In this document: positions 1-12,539 of the stretch, one piece after another
Numbering within the stretch: the stretch's first letter is position 1
Layout: each line of letters opens with the position of its first letter
Assembly: GCA_977017645.1 (NCBI GenBank)
Contig: OZ360234.1
Span: 22,754,001-22,818,000, forward strand
Source of the DNA: Torpedo marmorata
Taxonomy: Eukaryota
Length of the DNA: 64,000 nucleotides
Direction: 5' to 3'
Position numbers and translations under genes: made by a program
The notes under the pieces: generated by a model
The model's input: the letters and a program-made list of their open reading frames with translations, nothing else
What the model was told of the DNA's origin: nothing
Databases searched by the model: none

Positions 1-1808
1 GAGTTAACAACCCTCTGGAGTTTATTCTTGTCCTGAGAGTTGGCGCCTCCATACCAGGCAGTGATGCAACCAGCCAGAATGCTCTCCACGGTACACCTGT
101 AGAAGTTTACGAGAGTCTTCGGTGACATACCGAATCTCCTCAGACACCTCACAAAGTATAGCCGCTGGCGAGACTCCTTTGTGATTGCATCAATGTGGAG
201 GCTCCATGACAGATCCTCGGAGATGTTGACACCCAGGAATTTGAAGTTCTTGATCCTCTCCACTACTGAGCCCTCGATGAGGACTGGGTCGTGTTCCACT
301 GACTTCCTCCTGAAGTCCACAATCATCTCCTTGGTTTTGCTGACGTTGAGCGCAAGGTTGTTGTTGTTACACCATTCAACGAGCTGATCTATCTCCCTCC
401 TGTATGCTTCGTCATTGCCATTTGTGATTCTGCCGACAACTGTGGTGTCATCGGCAAACTTGTAGATGGCATTGGAATTGTGCCTGGCCACACAGTCATG
501 GGTGTATAACGAGTAGAGCAGTGGGCTAAGCACGCATCCTTGGGGTGCGCCTGTGTTGATAATCAGTGAGGAGGAGACGTTGTTTCCAATTCGTACTGAC
601 TGTGGTCTTCCGATGAGAAAGTCAAAGATCCAGTTGCAGAGTGGGGTACAGAGGCCTAGAGTTTGTAGCTTTTTGACCAGCACTGAGGGAATAATGGTAT
701 TGAAGGCCCAGCTGTAGTCGATGAAGAGCAGCAGTATGTATGAATTGCTGTTTTCGAGGTGATCCAGAGCTGAGTGGAGAGCCAGCGATATTGCATCTGC
801 TGTGGAGCGATTGTGACGATAGGCAAATTGCAGTGGGTCCAGATCTTTGCTTAGGTACGTGTTAATTATGGCCATGACCAGCCTCTCAAAGCATTTCATC
901 ACAGTAGAAGTTAGTGCTACTGGGCGGTAGTCGTTGAGGCAGCTCACACTACTCTTCTTGGGTACCGGGATGATTGATGTCCTTTTGAAGCAGGTGGGAA
1001 GCTCTGACTGCCGCAGTGAGAGGTTGAAAATGTCTGTGAACACTCCGGCTAGTTGGTTGGCGCAGATTTTCAGTACCCTGCCAGGTACGCCGTCAGGGCC
1101 TGACGCCTTGCAAGGGTTCACCCTCTTGAATGATGTTCTGACGTCGCCCTCAGATATCACAGGGTCCTCAGCCTTTTCAGGGATTCTAGTAGGCAGTGTT
1201 TGGTTCTTCTTCTCAAAGCGGGCATAGAAGATGTTCAGCTCATCGGGTACTGAAGCATCACAGCCGTCTGTAGTGTTCGCCCTCGCTTTGTAGGCTGTAA
1301 TGGCCTGCACTCCCTACCATAGCTGGCGTGTATCTGTCTCTGTCTCTAGCTTCCTCCGGAATTGCCACTTTGCTTCAGAGATGGCCTTCCGCAGGTCGTG
1401 CCTGGACTTAATGTAAAGATCCCAGTCCCCGGCCTTAAACGCCCTTGTTCTCACCCTCAGCAGGTTGCGAATTCTCTTATTCATCCAGGGCTTCTGGTTG
1501 GGGAACACCCGGTATTTGCGTGTGGGCACACACTCATCCACACAGGCCTTGATGAAGTCGGTGACACCTGTTGCATATTCATTCAGGTCTATGGATGAGT
1601 TCTTGAATATGTTCCAGTCCACCGATTCAAAGCAGTCCTGCAGACGCTCCTCCGCCTCCCTCGACCATACTTTCGCCGTCCTCACCACTGGTGCTGTGGT
1701 CTTCAGTCTCTGCTTGTACGCCGGGAGTAGAAGTACAGCCAGGTGATCAGACTTTCGGAAGTGCGGTCATGGTACGGCTCGGTATGCGTTCTTCACGGTG
1801 GTGTAGCA
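1..1808 (-). mobile_element. Rex1/Babar-clade LINE, 5'-truncated, running off the window start (endonuclease C-terminus plus RT)
   Basis: The minus strand gives SDHLAVLLLPAYKQRLK..VRTAKVWSREAEERLQDCF..FPNQKPW (ORF 1314-1688). After an in-frame TAG at 1314-1316 the same frame continues [40 protein letters not shown] lies at about 50-108. Confidence 0.9.
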
Positions 1809-2099
1809 GACTTGACTGGCAAGTGCAGAACATCCAAGATCTTGTGGGAGTTCTGAACCCGTTACAGAGAAATACTATTAGTTGCTCTCAGAATGCTGAG
1901 TTTTACCTGCTTAACCATGTGGCATTTCAGGACCCCCATTCAAAGGCAAAAGACCAGAACTTCTGTTCAGCTAATTGTTTAACCTGTGAAACTGCACTCT
2001 GGTTTGTGCTCATCCAGGACAGAACTGGAGAGTGTACTCTTCCATGGATTTCCAAGCACTTTGGTGTAGGCTGGTAAATGTACCAGATGAAAGTGTTAA

Positions 2100-2420
2100 A
2101 CAGGAAAGTCTGCAGGTGCTGGGATTGTAAAGCAAGACACAAAAGTGCCGGAGAAATTCAGCAGGTCACACAGCATCCATAGGAAGTTAACAGTAACCAT
2201 CGTTTTGGGCCTGAGTCCTTCGTTAAGGTATGAGCAGGCAGGTACCTGATTAAAAATGTGGGGGGAGGAAGGGGCAGGGGGAGGAGCTTCTGATATAGTG
2301 GGAAGGTAGAAGAGAAAAAAATCTGGTAAGTGATAGGGGGAGAGAGTAGCTCTCTGAATGGAGAGGGAAGGAGGTGGGGAGCTGGAGGAAAGGAGACAGA
2401 GGGAAGTATGAGAGGTTAGA
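2100..2420 (-). mobile_element. Penelope-like element 3' end (pseudo-LTR) remnant
   Basis: Reverse complement of the recurring motif (degenerate hammerhead core)...GACCTGCTGA.TTTCTCC.GCA, followed by the purine-rich tract seen at the other Penelope ends here. Confidence 0.7.
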
Positions 2421-2547
2421 ACCAGCATTGGATCAAAGTGTCCAATCAATTAAATTGGTGAAAAACTGTTGGAAAAAAAAGGAGTAGGCAAATGAGTTGT
2501 TTTTAATATATTTAATGCTTTAATTGTCTCAAAATCCCTTAATGTTG

Positions 2548-5500
2548 TGTTTCTTTCTTTTTAAAATCTCTTTATTAATTCTATAAAATCATGGATATAA
2601 CAGTTCATTCACTATATACGTTTACAGAAAAAAAAGCAAAGAAAAGCATTATCACATGTTCCATTAATCCATCCATAACAGAGTATACATTACAGATATA
2701 TATCAATTTTTTTTCTTTACAATTTAGTATTATAATACCAATAGGTATAAAAAGAACCAAACCACAAAAAAAAAGTTGATATAGTAATTTCATCATAATG
2801 CATTTTTTTATAAAAGCTAAAGCAATCTAAACTAGCCTACCACCTACCCCCACCCCAGAATTGCACTGACCTGTAGAAATAATATAACTTCAAATCATGA
2901 GGAATCATAAACTCTGATAATAGTCGATAAAGGAACCCCAAATATTAGTAAATTTTAGGTTTAATTTAATATTTGAACATCTAATCTTTTCTAATGTTAA
3001 ATAGGACATTAAACTTGATAGCCAATCTTCATATATAGGAGGATTACCATCCTTCCATTTTAGCAAGATCTGTCGCCTTGCAACCAGAGAAGAAAAAGCA
3101 AGCACATGTTTTTGATTATTAGTAAGATCATGATTACTAGGATCATTTATACCAAATATTGCTATAAATGGATTTGGATCTAATTGAGTAGTTAAAACCA
3201 AAAAAAGAGTACAAAAAATTTTGTTCCAAAATCTAACTAACTTAGGGCACAACCAAAACATGTAAAATAATGTACCTTCATGAACATTACATCTATCACA
3301 CATACATGATATATTTGATGAAAATTTAGCCAGTAAAGATTTTGAGTAATGAGCTCTGTGAACCACTTTGAATTGAATTAAATTTTGTCTTGCACATAAT
3401 GAAGAGGTATGGATACGGTCCAAAATATTGGACCATACTGAAGGTGAAAAAACTTCTAAAAAATCTCTTTCCCAAGCCTCCTTTATTTTATCCAAATGCT
3501 GTATCGCATTTTCTTTTAAAAGGTTATAAAATACTGACAATGGTTTTGGTATATCAGGAGTGATAGTAAAAACCTTTTCTATGATTACTAACTTTAAATC
3601 TAAAGGAAACTCCAATCTCAAGGAATTTAGAAAATTCCTAACTTGAAAGTATCTAAAATAATTGTTTCTAGATAAGTTATACTTATTATACTTATTAACC
3701 AACTGTTCAAAAGTAATAAAATTAGAATCTATAAACGTTATTAAATGAACATATACCGTGATCTTTCCAAATCTGGAACCCTCTATCCCCACTAGCTAGG
3801 GTAAAAAATGTATTGAAATTTATTGTACTATCAAGCAATAAAATAAGGAAATTATTTGTTTTTCTGAATTGGAACCATATTTTTAACGTTTGTTTAACTA
3901 TCTTGTTATTAGAAATTTTGGAATATTTAAAGGGTGAAGGCATTCCTAATATAGATACTAACGAATGTTTACCTATAACCTTCATTTCTGATTTCATCCA
4001 TTTAAATCTTTCTTGATAATTCTTAAAATGTATCCAAATATTAATAAATCTAATGTTAGCAGCCCAATAATAATTCCTGAAATTAGGTAAAGCAAAACCA
4101 CCCTGTGGTTTGTCATTTTGTAGAACTTCCTTTCTTACTCTTGGTCTTTTACCATTCCAAATAAAAGATGAAATTAAAGAGTCTATTTGATCAAAAAATA
4201 CTTTAGGGAGAAATACTGGAAGTGCTTGGAATACATACAAAAATTTAGGCAAAATATTCATTTTTAAAATGTTTATTAGACCAATTAATGACATAATTAA
4301 CGGAGACCACCCTTTAGTTAATTTTTTTACTTTATTCAATAGAGGAAGAAAATTCTCTTTATATAGGTGATCAAATGTCACTGTAATGTTAACCCTAAGA
4401 TTTATTAAATATTTTTTAACTACCTTAAAAGGAACTTGAAATGGTAGTACATGAGGTGATTTTATCACCATTAATTCGCTTTTACCTAAATTCAATTTAT
4501 ATCCCGATAAACTTCCAAATCTACCCAGTAATTGTAAAATCACTGGAACAGAATTTTTAGGATCTGAAACAAACAGCAGCAGATTATCTGCATATAATGA
4601 CACTTTGTTTTCCGTTCCCTCTCTTACAATGCCTGTAATATTTTCTGATTGTTTAACTGCCAATGCTTACGGTTCCAAAGCAATGTCAAATAATAATGGG
4701 CTTAGTGGACATCCTTGTCTCGTCCCTCGGGATAATTTAAAAGGCAATGATTTCATTGAATTCGTAACAACCCTAGCCAGTGATGAAGCATAGATTATCT
4801 TAATCCAATTAATAAATTTTGGTCCAAAATCAAATTTCCCCAAAACCGTAAACAGGTAATTCCACTCCACCCTATCAAAGGCCTTCTCAGCATCTAATGA
4901 AATTGCACTTTCAAAGGGAGTCTGCACTGGAGAATATACTATATTTAACAACCTCCTTATGTTGTACTGTATATGTCTTCCTTTAATAAAACCTGTCTGA
5001 TCTTCCGAGATAATTAAAGGCATAATTTTTTCAATTGTTTGTGCCAATATCTTAGATAATATTTTAGTATCAACATTAAGTAAAGATATTGGGCGATATG
5101 AGGCACAGTCTAATGGGTCCTTATTCTTTTTTAAAATCAACGAAATAGAGGCTTCATAAAAAGTTTGAGGTAATTTTCCTTTATTGAACGCTTCAGCTAA
5201 AGTGGTATTTAAATAAGGAATGAATAAATCTGCAAAAGTTTTATAAAATTCAACTGGAAACCCGTCAGGACCAGGTGTCTTTCCAGATTGTAGCTTACGA
5301 ATTGCTTCCGCTATCTCTTCAGAGGTTATAGCTTTCTCCAGAGTCTCTCTTAACTCTATTGGCAGAGAAGGAATATCCAGTTCATTTAAGAACCTATGAA
5401 TTGCATCATTGGGTTCCATAACTTCTGAACTATAAAGTTTGGAATAATACTTGCGGAAGGTTTCATTAATTTCTTCAAAATCTAATGTTTTTGTCCCATC

Positions 5501-5638
5501 TGCCTTTCTAATCTCAGATATCATTTGTTTAACATAATTATGTTTAATCTGATTTGCTAGTAATTTCCCCACTTTCTCACCATGTACATAGTAGTTTGAC
5601 TTAATCTTAAGCAAATATGATTCAATCGGATATGTTAA
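2548..5638 (-). mobile_element. L1-clade (fish-type) LINE, 5'-truncated ORF2 pseudogene
   Basis: ORFs 4667-5815, 3722-4663 and 2905-3792 carry [45 protein letters not shown] (from YADD) and a C-terminal CDRC..C zinc knuckle. There is an in-frame TAA at 4667-4669, a frameshift near 3770, AATAAA (TTTATT 2571-2576) and an A-rich tail. Confidence 0.92.
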
Positions 5639-5963
5639 TGTTGTAAGTTTTAAAATGTTTTCCTTGTGATTTGATATACTGGTATGTTTTAAGTATGAAT
5701 GTTTTTGCTTATCAATAATGATGGGACTGGAGAACTGGTCTAAGCGTGAGTGGGTTTGAGGGCAGGTAGTTTCTTTCTCTCTCTGCTTTATTCTGTTTTT
5801 CAGTCTCACTTTCACTCTGGTTCTCTCTTTCTCTGTCTCGATCTTGTTCTCTGTTTTATTAAATAAAAAGTTTATAGCATCAACACAGCATTCTTGTTTC
5901 TGTGGCTTTCACCTTGGATGGATAACCTGCCCGGAAAGTTCTCTCCAAAGCCATGTTACAACA
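5639..5963 (+). mobile_element. Probable solo LTR (325 bp)
   Basis: Begins TGTTGTAA and ends TTACAACA (8-bp terminal inverted repeat, TG..CA), with AATAAA at about 5862. No TSD found. Confidence 0.55.
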
Positions 5964-6039
5964 ACAGAGAGCAATTGCTTACATTAAATAACTTTTAAAG
6001 TAGCACTCAACTTGGAGAAAAGCACGGTACTTGAAGAAC

Positions 6040-7165
6040 ACTAGGTCAAGTGCCATTTGTGCAGACAAAAAGATGGTTGATGTTTCAGGTTGAGACCTTG
6101 CATAAAGACTGAGAATGTAGGAAAAAGGTGGCCAGTATTTAAAAAAAAATGGGAGGGGAGGGGTGATACAGGCTGGTAGGTTTTAGGTGAGGAAAGGTAT
6201 GATGGGTAGATGGAGACAGGTGGGAGACAGAAGTTAGGTGAAGGGGCATGGTAGGGTGAGGTGAGGGGAGAGAAGGGGGTGGTGGAGACAGAGGCTGGAG
6301 GTGATACATAGAACCAGATGAGGGAGGGATAATGGGCAGATGGAGCTTGGTCAGGAAGTGAGAGTATGGAGAGAGAGGCTGGTGGGTAATAAGTAGAAAC
6401 AGATAAGGAAAAAAGGGAAGTGAAGTCAGGTGGATCAGTAGGAGTGGAATAAGAGCACTGGCGGTTTGGGTTACCAAATTGCATGCCCAGTTGTAATTCA
6501 TTTTAACTCCACTCCCCATTCCCACACCATCCTGTCTGTCCTAGGCCTTCTCCATTGCCAAGGTGAGGCCAAAGAAAAGCTCGGAAAACAGAGGTTCAAA
6601 TCCCGCGCTGTCTGTAAGGAGTTTGCACGTTCTCCCCGTGTCTGCGTGGGTTTTCTTAGGAGGCTCCGGTTTCCTCCCACCATTCAAAAATGTACTGGGG
6701 GTGTAGGTTAATTGGGGGTAAATTGGGCGGCACAGACTCATGGGCCGAAATGGCCTGTTACCATGCTGTATGTCTAAATAAATAAATAGAACACCTGATA
6801 TTCCATTTGGATAGCATAAACCCAATGGTGTGAACATTGAATTTTCCAATTTCAGGTCATCCACATCCCAGTGTTCCTTTCCCACATACCTGTCCAGGTC
6901 TCTAGTCTGTTTCCACCAATCATCCACCTGCCTCTGTCTCTGTGTTCCCCCTTTTCCATTGGCTTCCAACTGTCCATCATCCCTCCATAATCTGATTCCA
7001 CATCACCTTTCAGCCCTTATCTCTACCTTCCCCAACCTACCCCATCTGCCTTTTTTCCCTTCTCTGTTTCCACCTCTCCTCCATCAGCCTCTGACTCTCA
7101 TCTACCCCTCCCCCACCTGGTTCCATTGGTCCATCATCCCCCCACATCACTTCATTCTTTCTCTC
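6040..7165. mobile_element. Penelope-like remnant: inverted 3' segment (about 6040-6470) plus GIY-YIG C-terminus and 3' UTR on +, interrupted by a SINE
   Basis: The + strand reads PVVIHFNSTPHSHTILSVLGLLHCQGEAKEKL, then after the SINE HLIF...NIEFSNFR and a pyrimidine-rich UTR. Upstream is a mirror purine-rich segment with a reverse hammerhead-like core at about 6081-6108. Confidence 0.75.
6592..6787 (+). mobile_element. HE1-type tRNA-derived V-SINE, 5'-truncated
   Basis: B-box-like GGTTCAAATCC, V-domain GGAGTTTGCACGTTCTCCCCGTGTCTGCGTGGGTTT..CTCCGGTTTCCTCCCAC, CR1-like tail GGGCCGAAATGGCCTG and a (TAAA)n end. Confidence 0.85.
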
Positions 7166-7842
7166 TTTGCTAAATTAGAAGCGTTTACAGTGCCTGACTG
7201 AACAATGAGTAATTACTTTAAATTTGTTCATTTAAGATTTTTGCAATGCACTAATACATTAAAAAAATGCCCTGAATCCTTGTTTCCTTCCCAACATGTG
7301 CACATGTTCAAATCTAAGAACTATAGTGTGGGCACGCTGTTGTATTTTTAGAGGTTGTACTGAATGAATTTACGCAGTACATAGACATACCAATTAAATA
7401 CGTAATGCTAAAGCTCATATTGTTGCGTGTGCTAATATGAATGATTTGTTAGGCTTTACCAAGTGAGAAGGTGCTCATCCCAGTTAACAAAAATTAAATT
7501 GAATAATCTGTATAGACAAAGAGATAAACATTTAACTTAATGAACCATTCAGCTGTCTGAATTATGCAAGAACATCTGTGATACCGTACATTATTCACAA
7601 TTCAGAGCACTTTACTGGCTTATTCATGTAATTCATCAGAAAATGGAACAAAAAAGCTTTTCGAATTTGTGTTCTGTACTGACCCTGTAAAATCTAACCT
7701 ACTGCAGACTCTACTCTGCTGGATGAATATGTTTTAAGAAGTGAGAATTCCCAGAAATATTTCTATGTACTCCACCACTCAACCCTTACCTGTTCACCAG
7801 AGTAAACATTAAGATCACCATTAAGAAACAGCAATGAGGAAG

Positions 7843-8553
7843 TTGAGTGGTGTCACACCAACAACCTTGCACTCAACGTTAGCAAACCAAGGAGATGATT
7901 GTGGACCTCAGGAGGAAGTCAGGAGAACATGAACCAGTCCTCATCGAGGGCTCAGAAGTGGAGAGGGTCAAGAGCTTCAAATTCCTGGGTGTCAACATCT
8001 CCGAGGATCTGTCCTGGAGCCTCCATGTCGATGCAATCATGAAGAAGGCTCGCCAGCGGCTATACTTTGTGATGAGTTTGAGGAGATTCGGTATGTCACA
8101 GAAGACTCTCGAAAACTCCTACAGGTACCGTGGAGAATATTCTGGCTGGTTGCATCACTGTCTAGTACGGAGCTGCTAACGTTCAAGACAAGAAAAAACT
8201 CTAGAGGGTTGTTAACTCAGCCTGTGACATCACGGGCATCAGTCTTCACTCCATCGAGGAAATCTACAAGAGGTGGTGTCTTAAGAAAGCAGCCTCTATC
8301 CTCAAGGACCCCACCACTCAGGACGTGCCCTCTTCACTCTGCTAACATCGGGAAAAAAGGCACAGGAGCCTGAAGACGAGCACTCAGCGGCACAAGGACA
8401 GCTTCTTTCCCTCTGCCATCAGATTCCTGAATGAACAATGAACCAGACACTGCCTTACTTTGACTTTTCGTGCACTATTTTTATTTATTTTATAAGGTGG
8501 TTTATAAAAATGTTTGCACTGTGATGCTTATTATGACAATAAATTCTGATTCT
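7843..8553 (+). mobile_element. Rex1/Babar LINE 3' fragment
   Basis: [38 protein letters not shown]; ends ATGACAATAAATTCTGATTCT. Confidence 0.88.
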
Positions 8554-8604
8554 AATCTTTACATAAAGAACATTAAGAACGGGGTCAGAATATCTAGACA
8601 AAGT

Positions 8605-8925
8605 ACATGAATATCTAGACAAAGAACTGCAGATACTGGAATCTGGACTAAAGAACAATGTGCTGGAGAAGCACAGTGTATCGAGAGCATCAGTGGGAGA
8701 AAGAGAATGACCAATGTTTTGGGCCAGGATCGTTCATCAGGACTGAGCACAGAGGGGAGAAAGCCGGTAATTGAGGACAGGGTGGGAAGCATGGGACAGG
8801 GGTCAGTAGAAGACTGGTGAATCAGTGAGGATAGTTTCGCAGAGCATCTGAGCTCAATTGGCATTGGCCACCCCGAGCTTCCAGTTGCATCCGATTTCAA
8901 CTCCCCTTCCCATTCCCACAACATC
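8605..8925. mobile_element. Penelope-like remnant
   Basis: Reverse pseudo-LTR with a CTGATGA core (TCATCAG at about 8734-8740) next to a + strand PVAS.FNSPSHSH segment. Confidence 0.6.
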
Positions 8926-9104
8926 ATCAGCATTACACCGTTGTGACTTGAAAGGTGAATTCTTAATGTTGGAATAAGGTAAAGATGAATTCCTTATATT
9001 GGAGTTAGTTTAACAATAAATATCCAAGCTAGCTTCAAGAAATATTAAAAAGGTACAAAACAAAGAAGTTCAATAATGAAAATACAGGCATTTAAGATCT
9101 TCAG

Positions 9105-9276
9105 AAGCAATGTGGAGATCCGTCTATTATGGATATAAATATTGTAGCTAACTTAGCGTACCAAAAAACAGCACTCAACATGGAAAATCAACAAGACTCG
9201 GAAATGCCAATGAATATTTTCATGGCAGAAGAAGAATTGCTGGTGAGGAGGAATGAAAACAGAATTGTCCATACAG
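9105..9276 (+). CDS. Candidate coding exon of an unidentified gene
   Basis: Open frame KQCGDPSIMDINIVANLAYQK...RIVHT(G), weak acceptor cttcag, donor ACAG|gtaaaa in phase 1. No homology recognised. Confidence 0.25.
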
Positions 9277-9477
9277 GTAAAAGCACAGCATCGTCAATAA
9301 AGTGTGGTGTTAAACCTGGGAATTGGCAACAATGGAGCAGGAAATGAAATGCTTCTTTTCAACTGCTTTCTTTTTTCCATTCCTTTTGGATGGGCTGAGT
9401 TAAAAGTTCCCCCATTCACTGCACTTATACAATACGAAAATACTACAATAATCACAAATGAGCACTTTCTTCTGTAG

Positions 9478-9563
9478 GTGCAGAACTGGAGAAATCAAAC
9501 TGCTGCATTGAAGGAGGGACTTCTATCATTAGAGTAAATCAACGTAGCCAGGGAAATATAAAG
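9478..9563 (+). CDS. Candidate coding exon (86 bp, phase 1 to 0)
   Basis: Acceptor ctttcttctgtag|, donor AAG|gtagtt. Open as (G)AELEKSNCCIEGGTSIIRVNQRSQGNIK, in phase with the previous candidate. Confidence 0.35.
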
Positions 9564-9617
9564 GTAGTTCCATGTTTTATTTGATTTGTTTGTCATTAAA
9601 ATGGAGAATACCTAATA

Positions 9618-10670
9618 TATCCTCAGTACTGGATCACCAAGCTCCTTAACCTGGGTCTCTGCACCCCCCTCTGCAACTGGATCCTTGACTTCCTCATCGA
9701 AAGACCACAGTCAATACAAATTTGAAACAACGTCTCCTCCTCACTAACAATTAACACTGGTGCACATCAAGGATGCGTGCTTAACCTACTGCTCTGCACG
9801 CTCTACACCCATGACTGTGTGGCTAGGCACAATTCAAATGCCATCTACAAATTTTCCAATGTCATCGACAGAATCACAGGTGGCAATGAAGAAGCATACA
9901 GAAGTGAGATAGATCAGCTATTTGAGTGGTGTCACAACAACAGCCTTCCACTCAACGTTAGCAAAGCTAAGGAACTGATTGTGGACTTCAGGAGCAGGAA
10001 ATCAGGAGAGCATGAACCAGTCCTCATCGAGGGGTCAGCAGTGGAAAGTGTTAAGTACTTCAAATTCCTGGGTGTCAACATCTCTGAAGATCTATCCTGG
10101 GGCCTCCATGTCAATGCAATTATGAAGAAGGTTCTCCAGTGGCTATATTTCATGAGGAATTTGAGGATATTTGGTATGTCACCAAAGACTCTTTCAAATT
10201 TCCACAGGTGTACCGTGGTGAGCATTCTGACTGGTTGCATCGCTGTCTGGTATGGAGGCGCCAATGCACAGGACAGGAAAAGACTAGAGAGAGTGTGAAC
10301 TCGGCCAGCGCCATCATGGGTATCAGACTTCACTCCATCGAGGACATCTACAAGAGGCAGTGTCTTAAGAAAGCAGCCTCTATCCTCAACGACCCTCACC
10401 ACCCAAGCCATACCCTCTTCATACTGCTACCATCGGGAAGGAGGTACAGGAACCTGAAGACGAACACCCAATGGTACAAAAACTGCTTCTTCCCCTCTAT
10501 AATCAGATTTCTGAATGAACAATGAACCACAGATACTACCTGACTTTCTCTTCTTTTGCACTAATTTATTTTTTTTAATGTAATTTATAACAATATTTGC
10601 ACCTGTATGCTGCCACAAAACAACGAATTTAGGAACATGTTCATGACAATAAATTCTGATTCTGATTCTG
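9618..10670 (+). mobile_element. Rex1/Babar LINE 3' fragment (RT C-terminal half)
   Basis: [39 protein letters not shown]; (ATTCTG)3 tail at 10653-10670. Confidence 0.9.
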
Positions 10671-10794
10671 GAACATTACAAAGGAAACTTTGCTGTTCAC
10701 TTTTAGGAAGGTCTTGATCAGATATAAATCTAAACAATTCTGATGCATTTTGCCAAAGCAGACATGGCCACATGCATGATGTGCAGATGTACAA

Positions 10795-10861
10795 ACACAC
10801 ACAAACACAAAAAGTCACAATCACACACACACTCACACTCACACTCACACTCACACACACC
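10795..10861. repeat. Imperfect CA / (CTCACA)n microsatellite
   Basis: Read directly from the sequence. Confidence 0.85.
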
Positions 10862-11207
10862 AAAGCAAAATAAAACTCAGAGGGAAAGAACCCACACTTT
10901 TTTTTAAATACACGCTGCCAACAGGGATCTATACTCAAAGTGAATGTGGGTTTGCAGACTTTCACAAAATTGCTCATCCCTATCTAACACCACATACAAT
11001 GCATCTCCCATTTGAATGGATATATGAATAGATCCTTATAAGTAAATTGGCTGCTGTGAAACAGTTGAAGTCATACACTTGTGAGCAGACTGTCATGCTG
11101 TACTTTAAACATTTTAAATTAGGAGGATGAAAAATAGTCTGCATGGAATTTAACAGAACTTGAACCTAAGTGTGAGTTGAATATACTGACTGCTGAGCAC
11201 ATAGAAT

Positions 11208-11836
11208 CAGTGAATTTCAAACTGCCCCCCTAAACTCACATTCCACCTTAAGCAATCCCTATGCCATAAGTGCTCTGTGATTAGTAAGGGATTGCTTAAG
11301 GTGGTATGTGAGTGGAAAGAAAAAGGTTTGAAAACCACTGTTTTAATCGTACCTAATTGACTCATTATGTGCACGGTTTCATAACTCCAAAGGAAATGGG
11401 CCAATGACAATTTTTCTCAAGCAAAATATTTCAGTAACAATTGGGTCTAGAGCAGTGGTTCTCAACCTTCCCTTCCCACTCACATACCACCTTAAGCAAT
11501 CCCTTACCAATCACAGAGTACTTATGGCATTAGGGATTGCTTAAGGTGGAATGTGAGTTTAGGGGTAAAAAACACAAAATGCTGGAGAAGCTCAGCAGGT
11601 CAAACAGTGTCCTTTACGTAGCAAAGGTAGAAATACATAACCGACGTTTCGGGCCTGAGCCCAAGGTGAAGGACTCATACTCGAAACGTCGGTTATGTAT
11701 TTCTACCTTTGCTACATAAAGGACACTGTTTGACCTGCTGAGCTTCTCCAGCATTTTGTGTTTTTTACTTCAACCACGGTGTCTACAGATTTTTGTGATT
11801 TACTTGTGAGTTTAGGGGGCAGTTTGAAAACCACTG
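11208..11836. mobile_element. Composite hAT (Charlie-like) MITE, copy 1, with a nested insertion
   Basis: CAGTG..TTTCAAAC / GTTTGAAAACCACTG termini. Two self-palindromic units (11208-11340 and 11453-11836) flank a spacer shared with 59389-59757. TSD not recognisable. Confidence 0.8.
11566..11804. mobile_element. Palindromic Penelope pseudo-LTR insertion with a 14-bp TSD
   Basis: Inverted arms at about 11565-11651 and 11682-11768; TGTGAGTTTAGGGG at 11552-11565 and 11805-11818. Confidence 0.85.
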
Positions 11837-12539
11837 AATAAATCTGCACCACTTCACTTTGGTAAAAGCCATAGATAGTTTTTTTTCAATTTCTTTGAAC
11901 CAGTGATATTGAGCTGTTTAATTGATATCTATTTCTAAATTTACATCTTTGCATCTAAATATGAAATATTGAGACATGAGATTTTGATTGACCTCCAATG
12001 GTTTGCATGCAATTGATGTTCAGTTAACCATTGCTTCTGATACATGCAAAAACACCATTAAAGAGAAAATGGCAGAATATTAAAACCGTTGACAGTAGCT
12101 GAGGAGATATTGGCATAGGGCAAATCATAACAGCATTATTAATTAAACAACATTATTAAGTTGCCAAGTATAGATGAGTGAAGCAGATCCAAATGGGCAG
12201 ACCTTCTCACGAGCTTTACATGCAATGGAGCAATCACCCCTGCTATCAAATTTACCTTCCATGCTGCTTTATACTTGATAGCCCTAGAGATTGAAACTAC
12301 TATGTAACTACTCTGAATAACTTAATAACATTAGTTTTGACTGAGCACAGTTGAGAGACAAATTTTTTCCAAGATTTCAGCAGTTCTACTGCCTCTTCCT
12401 AAGTAAGAAGAAACCATACTGAAACTGGAAAATATTGTAAAGACTTTAATTTTTACAGTTGTTCTGAATTGATTATTTATTGTCACAAGCACTGTGATAC
12501 AGTGAAAAACTTTGTCAACTCATACTTAAGTACCTTCGA

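Noticed and set aside
181-1746. + strand ORFs opposite Rex1 (and similar shadow ORFs opposite the Gypsy pol genes)
   Set aside because: Antisense shadows of TE coding sequence.
8588-8624. 16-bp direct repeat GAATATCTAGACAAAG (and a 24-bp one at 52596-52645)
   Set aside because: Small local duplications at TE junctions with no evidence of function.
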